A stretch of 63,929 bases of DNA, filler included, from Nemertoderma westbladi (taxonomy: Eukaryota > Animalia > Xenacoelomorpha), in NCBI GenBank assembly GCA_032718475.1. It is 5 parts of 5 records of this genome, joined end to end, with 100 filler letters (N's around TTAATTAATTAA, not from the genome) between each part and the next. Parts side by side here need not be neighbours in the genome. Positions count along the whole stretch, not along the records: positions 48,061 to 60,437 come from JAUCBJ010000206.1; positions 60,538 to 63,929 come from JAUCBJ010004476.1; 3 more parts are not named here. One strand, given 5' to 3'. Shown here piece by piece: positions 47,961 to 60,959 of this stretch. The position numbers and the translations under genes were made by a program. The notes under the pieces are model-generated. The model searched no databases and was not told where the DNA came from. It was given only the letters and a program-made list of their open reading frames with translations. The stretch's first letter is position 1; each line of letters begins with the position of its first letter.

Positions 47961-49999
47961 NNNNNNNNNNNNNNNNNNNNNNNNNNNNNNNNNNNNNNNN
48001 NNNNTTAATTAATTAANNNNNNNNNNNNNNNNNNNNNNNNNNNNNNNNNNNNNNNNNNNNGACAGGACAGTATTAAACTGTATTTAATGCCTACACTTGC
48101 AACCTTATTGCCTACTGCAATAAGATTATAACTGTTACTGTTCGCGCTTTTGAAGACCTTTAGCAGTTTAACCTGCCAAAATTTATATGTCTTTTAGTTA
48201 ATTAACACACCTTTAGCATACGACAATATTTTATGCTAATAAACAAAACATTAGCCGAAGCCAGCCCATGCGCGATCATTCACCCGATGGATCTACACCC
48301 GGGAGGCTGAATTCGGATGCTTAGATTTTATTATTGCAGTGTAAGGTTGCAGTGTAAGCTTACTGTATTATTCGATTGATCGCTAATATGTAATTTCTGA
48401 CAGATATTATTAACTTTCGGGAAATATTAACAGTTCCTTTAGGACGTGGCGCTCTATCTATTTAAACAGAGCTAGGACTTATACTAAACGCAACGATAAG
48501 GCTTATGATTAAAGTATAAGTCGCATTCTTTAGGAAATGCTTTGTTACCAGTCACATCACACTCACAATCATGCACACTATTCTGCCGACCGTCAGTATA
48601 TTTGATCACACATAAAGAGAACAGCAATTGACTCAGGTAGTGTCTACTAAATAACATTAGATTCAATACACACCACATTGATATAAATCGCAATTGTTAT
48701 ATATAGCCCGCCTCTCTAACCTGTAGTGTATCAAGAAAATTGGGAATTTTGGGTGATTTATCCGTATTCTCCAAAGAGCAATATTTCCATCAACAAATAG
48801 ATACAATTAATAACTGACGGTAAATAGCAGTACAAACAATATGATTAGTGCAGTTAAATTAAGTGAGGTAACACCGCCGGTAACAGTTATACTTTCTATA
48901 ATCTAAGCAGTTTTTGCTAGAGTTCTTAGAGCCGGTGTTTCTGGCTTAGACAGCAATAACAACAAAGTATCAAGTAAAAACAGTAAGACTGAACACTCTC
49001 CTTATGATCGGCCAAAAAGCTACACGTCGACAGGAAAAAACGCTCTGATTGGCTCAAGCCAAACAAAGAACCATGCATCCAATGGCTGTTTCCATGTCAG
49101 CAACCAGCTGTTAGATGTCGTAATATGAATCATCACGGCTAAGCTGTGAAAGGTATTTGGTGCATTGCAGGTTTTTTGCCTTACCATGTCCGCTAAAACA
49201 CGTATATAGCAGAATGACTTTTATGTCCGTTAAAACACCTGTAACGGTACCTTGCGGGCGAGGGGAATATATATACAGTTAGAGAACCTTTTTAGAGTAT
49301 TCCAGCGCCTGGGGGGAAACTGGATTGCGAAGCAAAGGGGCCAGTTATATCCCACAGAAGCTTTTACAGTAGGTATAGGCTTACCTCAGTACCTATGACC
49401 TACCGCTACCGGCAGTCCGTACCTTTATGTTTTGGGTTAAACTTTTCCACGTACATTGTATGTATATATCTGTATATCTATACCACATACCAGTATACCG
49501 CGCCCATGTGAAGAATACCACGATTTCACTTTTCGATCGACTTTTTATTGGAATTTTATATATGGGGCCGTCCAAGTATGACGTCTGCACTTTTCCCCAA
49601 AATGTTGACCCCCTCCCTCCCCTAAATCAGATTAAAACAATTTTCGCGTCCTAATCACTCAAACATGGTGATTGATTGATTGATTCGTTTTAATTCCTGT
49701 ACAAAACATGTAAAAAGGAATATACATACTGATACTATAAACAATAAACCATACATGATAAGCCTACAACATTCTGTACCGGTACTACAATTAAGCATTC
49801 AATTTAAATCTGAAATTAAACCGTAAAAAAATAATTAATTATAGCAACTTTCAATAAACGGTATGCAGTTCATATGTTAAAACGGGATAAGTTATAGATC
49901 AAAATATAAATAATCATAATTAATTAATTGTAGGTTGATTCTCTTTTATGGTTCATAAATATTTGGTTCATAAAATAATTTAGTAAAATATAATAAATA

Positions 50000-50200
50000 T
50001 TAATTAAGTAAAAACAAACATAGTAAAAGGGTCTAATTACATATAGAGGAAAACAATCGCCATTAATTAAATAAAAACAAACATAGTAAAAGGGTCTAAA
50101 TACATATAGAGGAAAACAATCGCCATTAATTAAATAAAAACAAACATAGTAAAAGGGTCTAATTACATAATAGAGGAAAACAATCGCCATTAATTAAATA
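50000..50200. repeat. Three tandem ~63-bp units in the LINE 3' UTR
   Basis: AAAACAAACATAGTAAAAGGGTCTAA..GAGGAAAACAATCGCCATTAATTAA x3. Confidence 0.92.
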
Positions 50201-50270
50201 ACACATTTAGTTTGTTTATAAAATAATATGGGTAAAAACACTAAAAACTGTGGGTAAAGTTCATCAAGGT

Positions 50271-52775
50271 TTATGTAAGCAAATATGTAGGAATTGTACC
50301 GTTTATCAAATATCGCATAGCAGTAGGAATAAATGAGTCACTAAAACGTTGAGTTCGTATAGCTGGTAAAATATATTCACTTCTGGTAGCAGGAGCTGAT
50401 TTGTTAATCACAAGCTGTTCATGTAGTGGGTGGTTCGAATCCTGTACAATTTTATTTACAAAATCGACATATTGCTTTTCAAAGGCAACATTTATTAACG
50501 AAATATAGTGTTTCTTGTCTACGTCTGAATGTTTTGCATATAGTTTTATTGGCCTCACTAATTTCTTCCTACCATTGTCATGTAGAGTGGGTACCCAAAC
50601 AACGGCGCAGTACAAATAGATAGGCACTATATATGTTTGAAAAAGGAAAATTTTTGTTTTCCGATTAGTAAACCTAACGAAGAAACTGAACTGTCTAACC
50701 GCAAAATTAGCTTTTTTAATTACCTCAGATATGTGAACTTTAAATGAAAAGTTGTCGCTGATGTGAACCCCTAAGTATTTTACAGTCTTCCTACGTGGGA
50801 CATTCACACCTTCAATCTGTACCTGCTCATTAGCAACAGCTATCAATTCATCATTTTTCATATTAATTGGTAGAAAACAAAGCTCTTCCGATTTTTTCGG
50901 ATTTATTTTCAAGTTTTTTGTTGACGATATCTCCACAAGTTCTTGAACTTTCATGATATAAAAATCATTATCGACTCTACCTTTAATTGCTTGAAGTTGT
51001 CTGGTGTCATCGGAATACTTGCCTATACTTCCGTCAGAGCTCCTGATGTTGTCGGTGTCTTTCGTAAAAAGTGGGCCGCTCATTGGGCCACCTTGAGGGA
51101 AACCGACCTCAAGCCTACAACTGTTTGAGCGCAATTTACCACATTTAACGACTTGAGTAAAATTAGCCATATATGAGTGTAGCCAATTTGACAACCAGCG
51201 CTTTCGAGGAGCGAGTTCTAATTTTAATCTGTTCAAAAATTTATTTTGAAGAACCGTATTGAAAGCAGATGTATAATCAATAAAAATGCATTTAACAATA
51301 GTAGACCGACTTTCCATGCCTGATATTACTTGATGTAGTAATGTAGCTATAGCATCCGCAGTTGATAACCCTTTTTTATACGCAAATTGAAATTTATCAT
51401 CCGTTGTCACAGTTGATTCCCGAAAAGTGTCAAGTCCAAACTTATCCAAAGTTCTTGCGCTAATAGGTGTAACACAGACTGGCCTCAAACTTTTAAGGTC
51501 TTCAATTGACGAGTCATTTCGTTTAGGCAAAGAACTTACTAATGCATTGCTCCATGAAGATGGATACGATTGCAATTGAAAACTATTTGTGAATAGATAT
51601 GCATAAGGACATGACAATTCCTTTGCAAATGTTTTGTAAATGTTAGCTTCTAAAACACCTGGACCTTTCGCAGTTGTTACCTTCAACTTCCGAAATTGTT
51701 TTTCAACTACGACTGAACTTATCGTTTCATGACAAGGCTGTTGATCATTAAGGAATTCAGTATCATCTTTATACACATCCTCATTGAAGCGTGTAAAGAA
51801 ATTATTCAATTTATTGAGCTCATCCTTATTGAAATCCAACGTTGGATATTTATCACGTAGAATACGCCGTGAAAGTTTGTAAAGCTCATCCTTCGACATT
51901 GTTGTAAACTCACATTGTCGCCTTTGGAAAACCAATTTATTTATTTTCCTCTGTATAATATTACGTTGAGCATTATCTTTTACTCTGATTGCCTGTTGTT
52001 TTTCCTTAAGTAATGTCTTCAATTCAGAACTGTTACAAGGTAGGCGCTTATCGATATTCAACAATTTAACCTTCTTAAGTGGAAGCTTATCATCAATAAC
52101 AAACTTAATATAGCTCTCTACCGCATCAACCGCGTCATCCAGGTTGTCATTGCGATAAAAAATTTCCCAGTCTGTCTCACTTAACACTTGGTGAACGGTA
52201 TCAACATTCGGGTTACTTACTGACAAATCACGAATCCTTATAAACTCAGTTTTTGGTTTGTGTTTATTGTTACAATTTTGAACTGGTTCAAGAAAAATCG
52301 ATTTGTGGTTAGATGTACCAAGTGGTGCACGAATATGGCATTTGTAAACCTCAACATTTGAAATATGGGCAATATCTAATTGCGAATCCACTGGAATGAA
52401 AGTCGGGCCATCAACAACATTATGTAAATTCAATGACTCTAGGAAGCCGAATTTTGGTTTATTAATATCACCTACCACTATATAATAACCATGTGGCTGT
52501 TTTCTTAAGAGATTTGTAAACCCATTCCTGAGTAACTTTCTTGTGACTGGCCAATGAGCCTGAGGACGAATATATAGATTAACAACTACAATACTTGAAA
52601 AATTCGAAGGTAGGTATCTTGGTCTGCATATTATAGCCAGCATTTCAATATCTGGGGTAGATATAGCTTCAGAAACTGTAGGTCTATTGTGGCACCAGCC
52701 TCTTTTCATATAATTTAGCAACCCCCCACCTCCCTTTTCCACAAAATTTTCCAAATTACGATCCTGTCGTTCCAT
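50271..52775 (-). CDS. LINE ORF2 (AP endonuclease + RT), Rex1/Babar-like, 5'-truncated but open for 834 aa
   Basis: VGDIN, PLGTSNH, DKFQFAYKK, FIDYTSAFNTV, GFPQGG, KYSDDT, KYLGVHI, RTQRFSDSFIPTA. Confidence 0.88.
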   Translation of the reverse strand: MERQDRNLENFVEKGGGGLLNYMKRGWCHNRPTVSEAISTPDIEMLAIICRPRYLPSNFSSIVVVNLYIRPQAHWPVTRKLLRNGFTNLLRKQPHGYYIVVGDINKPKFGFLESLNLHNVVDGPTFIPVDSQLDIAHISNVEVYKCHIRAPLGTSNHKSIFLEPVQNCNNKHKPKTEFIRIRDLSVSNPNVDTVHQVLSETDWEIFYRNDNLDDAVDAVESYIKFVIDDKLPLKKVKLLNIDKRLPCNSSELKTLLKEKQQAIRVKDNAQRNIIQRKINKLVFQRRQCEFTTMSKDELYKLSRRILRDKYPTLDFNKDELNKLNNFFTRFNEDVYKDDTEFLNDQQPCHETISSVVVEKQFRKLKVTTAKGPGVLEANIYKTFAKELSCPYAYLFTNSFQLQSYPSSWSNALVSSLPKRNDSSIEDLKSLRPVCVTPISARTLDKFGLDTFRESTVTTDDKFQFAYKKGLSTADAIATLLHQVISGMESRSTIVKCIFIDYTSAFNTVLQNKFLNRLKLELAPRKRWLSNWLHSYMANFTQVVKCGKLRSNSCRLEVGFPQGGPMSGPLFTKDTDNIRSSDGSIGKYSDDTRQLQAIKGRVDNDFYIMKVQELVEISSTKNLKINPKKSEELCFLPINMKNDELIAVANEQVQIEGVNVPRRKTVKYLGVHISDNFSFKVHISEVIKKANFAVRQFSFFVRFTNRKTKIFLFQTYIVPIYLYCAVVWVPTLHDNGRKKLVRPIKLYAKHSDVDKKHYISLINVAFEKQYVDFVNKIVQDSNHPLHEQLVINKSAPATRSEYILPAIRTQRFSDSFIPTAMRYLINGTIPTYLLT

Positions 52776-52796
52776 GTGGAACTCAGGCAGATGTAT

Positions 52797-52910
52797 GGGG
52801 GGTATAACTTTTCGCCGTATCCGTATCCGTATGCATTTGCCGTATCCGCATGTACATACGCGTATGTGCGTGCGTATGTAATGGATTCCTATGGAGAATA
52901 ATCCGTATGT
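52797..52910. mobile_element. MITE end fragment with CCGTAT repeats
   Basis: GGGGGTATAAC followed by several CCGTAT/CGTATG units. Confidence 0.4.
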
Positions 52911-55903
52911 GATTTTAGAGATTAGGCATTGCGGACCAGTAAGAAGTGCACAGTAAACATGCAGACTGACAACTGAAGACAGGTAGGCCTACTTAAAGCT
53001 AAGTGATTTAAAGAGTGTGGCTGCCGCTACCTTTTGTCAAATAAACAATGCAGGACAGGTCCAGGATTAGTGACAGCCGATGTCCGCCAGCCCCGGGATG
53101 CGCCAGCAGTGCAGTACCTATTAACCATAACTCTTCTTGACGCCGCTTGGAAATCTAACCAACCGTGATTTATTTTTGAACTGTTTTTCCACCAACCTGT
53201 CTATAGAATGTTGGTTGCTACAGTATATGGCACTAATAATAATAATAATAATAAATATATTTGTAAAGCGCCAAAATTACAATTGTGGCGTACTCTAAGG
53301 CGCTGAGATTTGCAAGAGCTCGAGACAAACCGGTATAGATACAATGTGTGGTGCGTAAAAACGGAACATATTAAATAAGTAAGTAAGTTTAGTACAAGTA
53401 GTAATATATAACTATAATTAAGTTATACAAAGTAAGTAAAATTATAAGTAGATTAAAACATATGCATATTAAAAGGTATTACTTAGGGCTTAAAAATATA
53501 GAGCGAATGGTTCATACTGTAAATAAAAATAGAAATTGATAAACCATATACAGGACAGACATACATTTGTATCATAAGCTGTACCAAACTCAAAAAACAT
53601 AAGGTGTAAAATAAAATTATGAAATGACAAGCACATATTACATATTAATAAAATACGTCAAGTTCAGTTCGGAACATATATGATATAAAATATAGAGTCA
53701 ATGTTAAACGGTGTCTAGTATAGTTAAAATGTACGATAAAAATAATAAAGTAGTAAACTGTTGCAATAGTCCAATCGACTGGTTATGAGAGCGTGGACAA
53801 TCGTGTTGGCGGATTTAGTATCGAGGAACCGCCGAATTGATCGAATATTATGAAGATGATAATACGCGGCGCTGCAGGTTTTGTTTATGAATTTCCCCAT
53901 AGTCATATGAGAGTCAAACCAGGCTCCGAGATTCTTCACCGAGTCCGCACGGTTTATTGTAAAGGTACCGACGTTAATGGATGTTATATTTATTTTGGAG
54001 AGTTGAGCACGTGTACCAATAATTATGAATTCGGTTTTGTCGTCATTAAGTTTTAATTTGTTTACTAACATCCAGTCCCGAATGTCATTAATACAATCAG
54101 CCATTGTATTGAGGGCCGACTGTTTATCGCACCCTGCTATTGGCTGGAAGGCTTTGTACATCTGGTGATCGTCAGCGAAACCGTGCGCAGCGACCGGCAG
54201 GTGGCATTCGACAACTTCGAATATTGGACTAGCGTAATTAGAAAATAAATAACACGTGGAACATGAACCCTGAGGGAAGCCGAAACCCAAGTCTTTTGAA
54301 TCGGATAGAGCACCATTAAAAGAAACTCGTTGCGTGCGTCCGGATAGGAACGATTTGAACCAATCATAGCATTTACCACAGATACCACATTTCGAGTTTA
54401 ATAGGTTAAGTAATCTTGTATGGTCGACGGTGTGAAAAGCTGCACTTAGGTCCAATAGTACTAAAAGTGTTACCAATTGGTTATCCATGTTTTTTTAAAT
54501 GTCGGATTGAACCTTTAGAAGGGCTGTTTCTGTGCTGTGTTAGGGCGGTAAGCTGATTGGAGGTTGTGTTGATGGCTATGAGACTTTGAGTGTGGGTTAA
54601 CTTGAGAGAGGACTGCTCGTTCTGTAACCTTGGAAACGAACGACAGGCCGCTGATTGGGCGATTGCTGTTTAATACCAAGAAGTCTAGTTTGGGTTTCTT
54701 TACTAAGGGGGTAACTATAGCCGATTTCCAAATAGGTGGAACGAAACAAGTTTGAAGAGATATGTTAATCATTCCAGCGATAGGTTTTATTAATACATGT
54801 AGACACTTCTTAAGCAGTGCTGTGGGAATAGGATCAGAAGGGCAGGATTTGTTGGGGGAATCGTTTATCAGTTTACAAACTTCATCGTCGGATAGGATCT
54901 GGAATGAACTGAGAGTTCCAGGGCGAGTGTGAATAAAACTCCATCGCCATTGTACGATCAATTCTAATTTGTACTATTTTTACGATTAATCGTTGCAACG
55001 ATTGTTCGTATGTTTGATGTGAATAAAATCGCACTTTGTCAAGATTGATCGTAGAAATTTGACGATTAATCGTGAAAAAGATTAATCATATTGCTATTGT
55101 GAATAAAACGTATCTTTACTAAGATTAATCGTAAATAATTTACGATCAATTGTAGGTTGAAATTACGGCGTGTCCGTGACAACAACACTACCGTTAATAT
55201 TCCTGAGTATATTATTGTTAAACGTGAAATTAAAAAACACACATTTGCATTGTATACTCCCTACTGTATCCCCCTTTATTGGAGAACGTTTCAGTACTTC
55301 CGCACGGGCATAAGGCGCAAAGATTTTATTTGTACACCGTTATAATTCCGGATACCAGTAGGCATAGTGTGACCATTTTGGTTGATTTTTTTTTTATCAA
55401 AATGTTGACCACTTACGAAATATGAATGAATTTTAACATTTCGTTTTTCGAACATGTTAAATTCGTTTTCAAACAATCAAAAGTTTTGTGAGCGCTATTG
55501 TTTGTTATTATGGTAGAGTGTTTTTCATTGTGGCTTAGTTAAACAATGTTTCTGAATGATATAAAAGACAGAAAATACATAAAAACATTTCAAATATTAT
55601 GTTTCGGTTTCTGCGTTTTCGGCGTTTTTAAAATACTAGCTAACAGTACCTTATAAAAATTTACTAGCAACCATAATAAATAACTAATAAAAAAAAATTA
55701 AAAATTAAAAAATTGTTGTTCGATTATACAACTTCATTAAATTCATAGTTAACTTGTTCAAAATTGGAACATAAGATGAAAATCTACATACAGTACTAAG
55801 ATGAACACAATATAAGAACAAAAAAATTGTCTTATGTTCTAAAATGTTCTAGAGCAACGATGATCACACAAGGCTTACTAGTATCGCATGAGTGAATGAC
55901 CAA

Positions 55904-56802
55904 ATGGCAACAAAGAGAAAATCACCGAATTGGTCAATGGAAGAAATTGCAGTGCTTTTGCATTGCGTTCAGGAGTACAAACCAAAGCTGTTTGGTACTG
56001 CTAATAAGTCTTGTGCGGGTATCGAGAAGGTTAAAAGGAAATACTGGGCGAAAACGGCAGACAAAATTACAGCTTGTGGTGTTGGTGTGCGAGATTTAAA
56101 AATGGCCAAGAAGAAATGGCAGGATCTGTCGTCGGATGCCAGGAAGTACAAACAAAATTTCAGTAGGACAGGAGGTGGACCAAGACTGTATCCAATGCGT
56201 TGTACGAAAATGTTCTGGATGTTGTAGTGAAGGAGATGCAAGACGGCATCGTAGGATTTGAGGATGGTGAGTCGGGAGTGGAACCAGCACGATCCAACCA
56301 TCCAGAAAATGAAAGCGATTGCAATGATTCTATGAGTGTTCAACTTGATGATGAGGTGAGTGAAAAGGATGGCTATCATCCAGTTGCTCAATGCCAATTA
56401 CAACAAACTCATGCATCATCACAGATATCCATGCAGGATGTTACTGCTATTAGATCAAATACTACTCCTACATTTCAGAAAAGTTCAACATCAAATAAAA
56501 CTTCAGTGGCAAAGGAAACAACAGCTGCTGATATCTTAGCCATAGAACGCGAGAAACTTGAAACACTGAAATCTATTGATACAACATTAAAGATCCTCGC
56601 TGAAGCTATCATACAGGGCGTTGAAAACCAAAAGAAATACTCGAACCCAGCAAATAGCAATGGCATGGTTATTAATGACCTTCCCTACTCTATGTTGTCA
56701 ACCTTAAGCGCTGCAGACCTCTTATCATTGGAATTAATGCCAGGCGAATTTGTAGCAGACACGGCGGAGATGCCAAATGGAGGCGGAAGTGGCGATGCTT
56801 AG
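55904..56802 (+). pseudogene. Harbinger Myb/SANT-like protein (one frameshift near 56190)
   Basis: KRKSPNWSMEE..KRKYW..KKKWQDL..RTGGGP; continues in ORF 56200-56802. Confidence 0.88.
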
Positions 56803-57170
56803 TTGCCTGACTAAATAGTGAATTAGGTTCCTAATGATGTTCATTGTGCATTTTTCATATATTAGGCCTAATTTATTGTTATTACACATCGCCGGTCGAG
56901 CCGAGCAAAGTATACAAATTACTTTTAACCCCAAACCCACCCCATTACTGAAGTAGTTCTGTGAGACATTCAACAATCTGAAATTATAATTAATTATTTA
57001 TTTTAAGTCATGTTTATTTGACGGGAACCGACTTTCAGTAAATTATATACAGTATATTTCCTTTTGGATTTATGGAAATCCATGAATTATAAGTAATATT
57101 GAATAAACTGTACATTTTAAAATCCCAGTAACTGTATATTTTTCAGTTACTGTACTATCTGTCTAACTTT

Positions 57171-58198
57171 CTAATTGAAATAATTTTGGACAAATAAATC
57201 TCGGTTCATAGAAGGAAATCCAGGTACACATCGGTGGTCACCAGTATTAAATGATCCTTCAGTTATTACGCCTTGTGGAACATCATTGTGTTCTGGTTCA
57301 CCATAGCTCTTTGAACAGTTGTAGAGAACAACACAGGCCATAATAACGTTGCATGTTCTTTCTGGATGTAGTCTTAACCCATATGCTAAACACGGAAACT
57401 TCTGTTTTAGTTGTCCATTCATTTGCTCAATTACACACCGACCTCGGCGAGGACACCTGTTGTATGCCATTTCAGGTTCTATAGATGGGTTATCATATGG
57501 CATGTATAGCCATGGGCGTTGGTAGTAGCCACTGTCCCCAATGAGAAAACCATCATTGCCACGGCAGAACTGGTGGTAAATACGAAGTTGTCGTTGACAC
57601 TTCCTGGCCAACGTGCAACTACATTTTCGATAACGTAATTTGCGTTGCAAATTAATTGCACATTAATTGAATGAACTCCCTTTCGGTTTATATAGAACGG
57701 TTCAGTATCTTTCAATGGTGCCTTATACAAACGAACATGAGTACAATCAATCGCTCCAAGAACACCGGGCATGTTGCACAAAGAATAGAAACCATGTTTC
57801 ACCGAAAGTATATCACTTTCACTGGTTGGGAATTTTACACAGTTATTCAATTCGCCCATTATAACGGATGTCACTCTGCTCACAACTTTGCACACTGTAG
57901 ACCGCTCTACTCCAAAAATTTCTCCAAACACATTATGATGGGTTCCAGTGGCATAGAATCGCAACGTAATCATCAAACTAGCAATGGAAGGAAGGGAATA
58001 ATTTCGTTTGGTCTTGTATTCCAATTTTTCTCCAAAAGTATCAAGCAACTTAAAAATTCCATCGCGAGTAAATCTGTATTTTTGAAGAATTTCTCTGTCG
58101 TTTAGAGTATCTAAAGGATTTCTTCTATCTCGAAAGACTCTTTCCCTTCGAGCGGCTCTGTTAGATTCACATTCTAAGAGCAATAAAAAGCTCGCCAT
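57171..58198 (-). pseudogene. Harbinger (HARBI1-like) transposase (one frameshift/deletion near 57570)
   Basis: KYRFTR, LRFYATG, GAIDCTHV, NRKGVHSINVQ, RWPGSVND, LIGDSGY, RCVIEQMNG. Confidence 0.93.
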
Positions 58199-60651
58199 TT
58201 TAAAGATATAAAATTTCATTTAGGGCAGACTACAATGTTATAACAATTAGTATGTTAGTAAAGCCTTGTTGTGTTTATCGTAGCACTCTGGAATATTCAA
58301 CAATACCATGGAAGCAAAGATACTAGCTTCGCTCTTTAGCATTTCTTTTAGTAAATGAATAATTTTCAAAATAACTAGTTAATATTCTTATTTTTTCAGT
58401 TCCGAATTTGTCACCGATTTAAAAAATTCAAAAAAGTTAGTTTTTGGTAGCTATCCTTAAATAAAAAAAATACACACAACTCCTAAGAAATTGTAATGGA
58501 GTAGTGTTTTTTTATGTGAAAATTGTCATTCCGATATAATTTATAATTGCCTTAAAAGTTCAAACCTTCCCACGCAAAACTGCCAGTCTTGAGTCTATGT
58601 AGTTGGTTACCGGTAATAATGTCTGGCACGAAGGAAGCACACCACCAAGCTACAACTCTATTTACAGGGGTTTCGCCGCTACCCCGCAATTGAATGAAAA
58701 ATTAAAATAATTATTTATTACATGGGAAAAATATGTAAAATAAAAAGTAAAATAATGTAACTTTATTACTTAATTAAAAAAAATTATGTCCTAATGATTG
58801 ATAAATTGTTGTAGAAATTACCATAAAAAGCTAAACTTGCTTAAGAAAGAAAAAATGGCCACACATACGGAACTGCCTAAACATACAGACACCATATTAA
58901 TATTTAGCTATATTTACTTTGCTTTAGATAAGCTACGACACGAGTTGCCGTAAATATACGAACGATTTCTAATACGTACGATATACGTTCAAATACGTTC
59001 AATATTTACGACAACGATCGTTTGTAAAATTTTATTCACATCAGCGTATTTTAATTTTTGTCATAAAATACGATTAATTGTAAAAATACTACGATTAATC
59101 GTAAATGCCTTTATTCACAGTGCAGTAAAAATATTTTGTTTTTACGAACAATATCGTTCGTAAATATATTTACGATTAATCTTAACATGATACAATTAAT
59201 CGTAAAGTTATATTCACACTCGCCCAGGACACACGTATTCGAATTCGTAATCCAGTGGTACAGGGTCTGGACACAGTTCAACAAGATCATCTCTGATAAG
59301 TTGCACTTTGGAACTGAAGCAATCAGTGAATTTATTAGCGAGCTCGAGGGACGAGGTTGGATAAGGGAACTTTACAGGTTGCTTCAGCTTACTGAGGGAT
59401 TTTATCAGACTGAAAAGTTTCTTCTGATCGCCAGCAGTCATTTACCATCCCGCGATAGAAAGTTTCTCGCGCAGTAGTTAACTTAAGGCAGTAAAGGTTG
59501 CGAATATTCTTGAAAGCAAGTTTATCACTGGGTGTACCCGTTGTCTGCCATTTCCTTTCAGCCCGTCGCCATGCTTTCTCCAATTCTCTCATCTCTTGAG
59601 TTAAACCATTGAAGGCCGTCGCAGGGTTTTATGGAGAGGGATTTAATGGGAGCGAGTTTATCCATTAAAGAACACAAAGCTTGGTTGTATTGTAGCGCTT
59701 GGGACTGAAGATCAAGATTGTTGAAACTGGCAGCACATAATGATGAGCCAACAATAGCATTGGTGAGTGTTTCAACATTGAGGTTCTTTAGATTTCGGTA
59801 AGTTACAGTTGTGTTAGGGACTATTGGTTTAGCAATGTTTAAAAAACAATCGACAAATGCATGGTCAGATATGTATGGTGATGGCGAGGGAATGTAAATA
59901 TCAATGTCATTGCAGTTCCTGGTAATGATTAAATCCAATGTATTGCCAGATTCGTGTGTAGGTGCTTCAATGTGTTGAATTAAACCTAAACTTTCAATAA
60001 TGTCAAGAAATCGGGTACCGTAGTAGTCTTCCTTGTTATCAACATGAATGTTGAAGTCCCCGGCAATAATAAGATGTTCCGGTATGGATAAGGTTGCTTC
60101 AATAAATTTAGGAAACTCATTCATAAAAACACTGGTGGTTACGGGATGGTCAACGGAGTACGGGAGACGATATAATAATATTAGGAGTATCTTGTGTGGT
60201 GATAATATATGGCTCGCCCCACGGATACCCTGGTACGAGGGGGGGGGGGGGGGGGGGGGGGGAGACCTACCGGTGTGGGACAGTCAGTATGTCGGTGTTA
60301 GTCAGAGCACTGCAGTACATATTCTTTTATCTAGGCCACTTGTTACATGCCGTGACCGGTCCCCGGAGGACCCTATTATACATATCTATCTGACAGTATC
60401 TGCTATAGACAAAGGTTTTATTCGTCTGCTGCCTCACNNNNNNNNNNNNNNNNNNNNNNNNNNNNNNNNNNNNNNNNNNNNTTAATTAATTAANNNNNNN
60501 NNNNNNNNNNNNNNNNNNNNNNNNNNNNNNNNNNNNNATAAAGTACAAATGAATAAATAAAGTCAAATAGAATACAAATAATTAATTAAAATTAGGTACA
60601 AATAAATAAGTATTAACGAATAAAAGAGCTGCGGTGTCACTTATGACACCC

Positions 60652-60959
60652 TCTTGAGCCGGCTCTGCGACAGTTGGACAACACTGATTGACCCATTGTG
60701 TGTCAGGGCGCTAATCAGTCTGATTAATTAGGATAATCAATTAAACCCTAATTAGGAGTCATATGACACCTGTTAGGGTTTAATTGTACTAATTAATTGA
60801 TGACACCTGTCAATTAGGGTCTAATTAGCCTAATTGGGAGGTGTCACCCAGACAGTCTGGCGCCAATGACACCCAATGACACCCATAGGGTGATAATTGG
60901 GTGTCATATGACACCCAATGGGTGTCAGTGAGGTCCAAGTGTCACAGAGCCGGCCAAGA
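60652..60959. mobile_element. Foldback MITE with many TGACACC/GGTGTCA motifs
   Basis: Imperfect TIRs TCTTGAGCCGGCTCTGCGACAGTTGGAC / GTCCAAGTGTCACAGAGCCGGCCAAGA. Confidence 0.75.

Larger units (their letters stand above)
54922..59224. mobile_element. Full-length PIF/Harbinger transposon (Harbinger-2, 4303 bp)
   Basis: Perfect 14-bp TIR GGCGAGTGTGAATA; CAG TSD at 54919-54921 and 59225-59227; Myb and transposase ORFs; ACGATTAATCGT subterminal palindromes. Confidence 0.95.
53234..60190 (-). mobile_element. L2-clade LINE (APE + RT, degenerate), split by Harbinger-2
   Basis: AGDFNIH..PTHESGNTLDL..SDH (59558-60124); NRPISGLSFVSKV; LLDLSAAF.TVDH; FADDHQ; SRLDYCNSLL; 3' end GCGCTTTACAAAT..(ATT)n. 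Confidence 0.92.
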
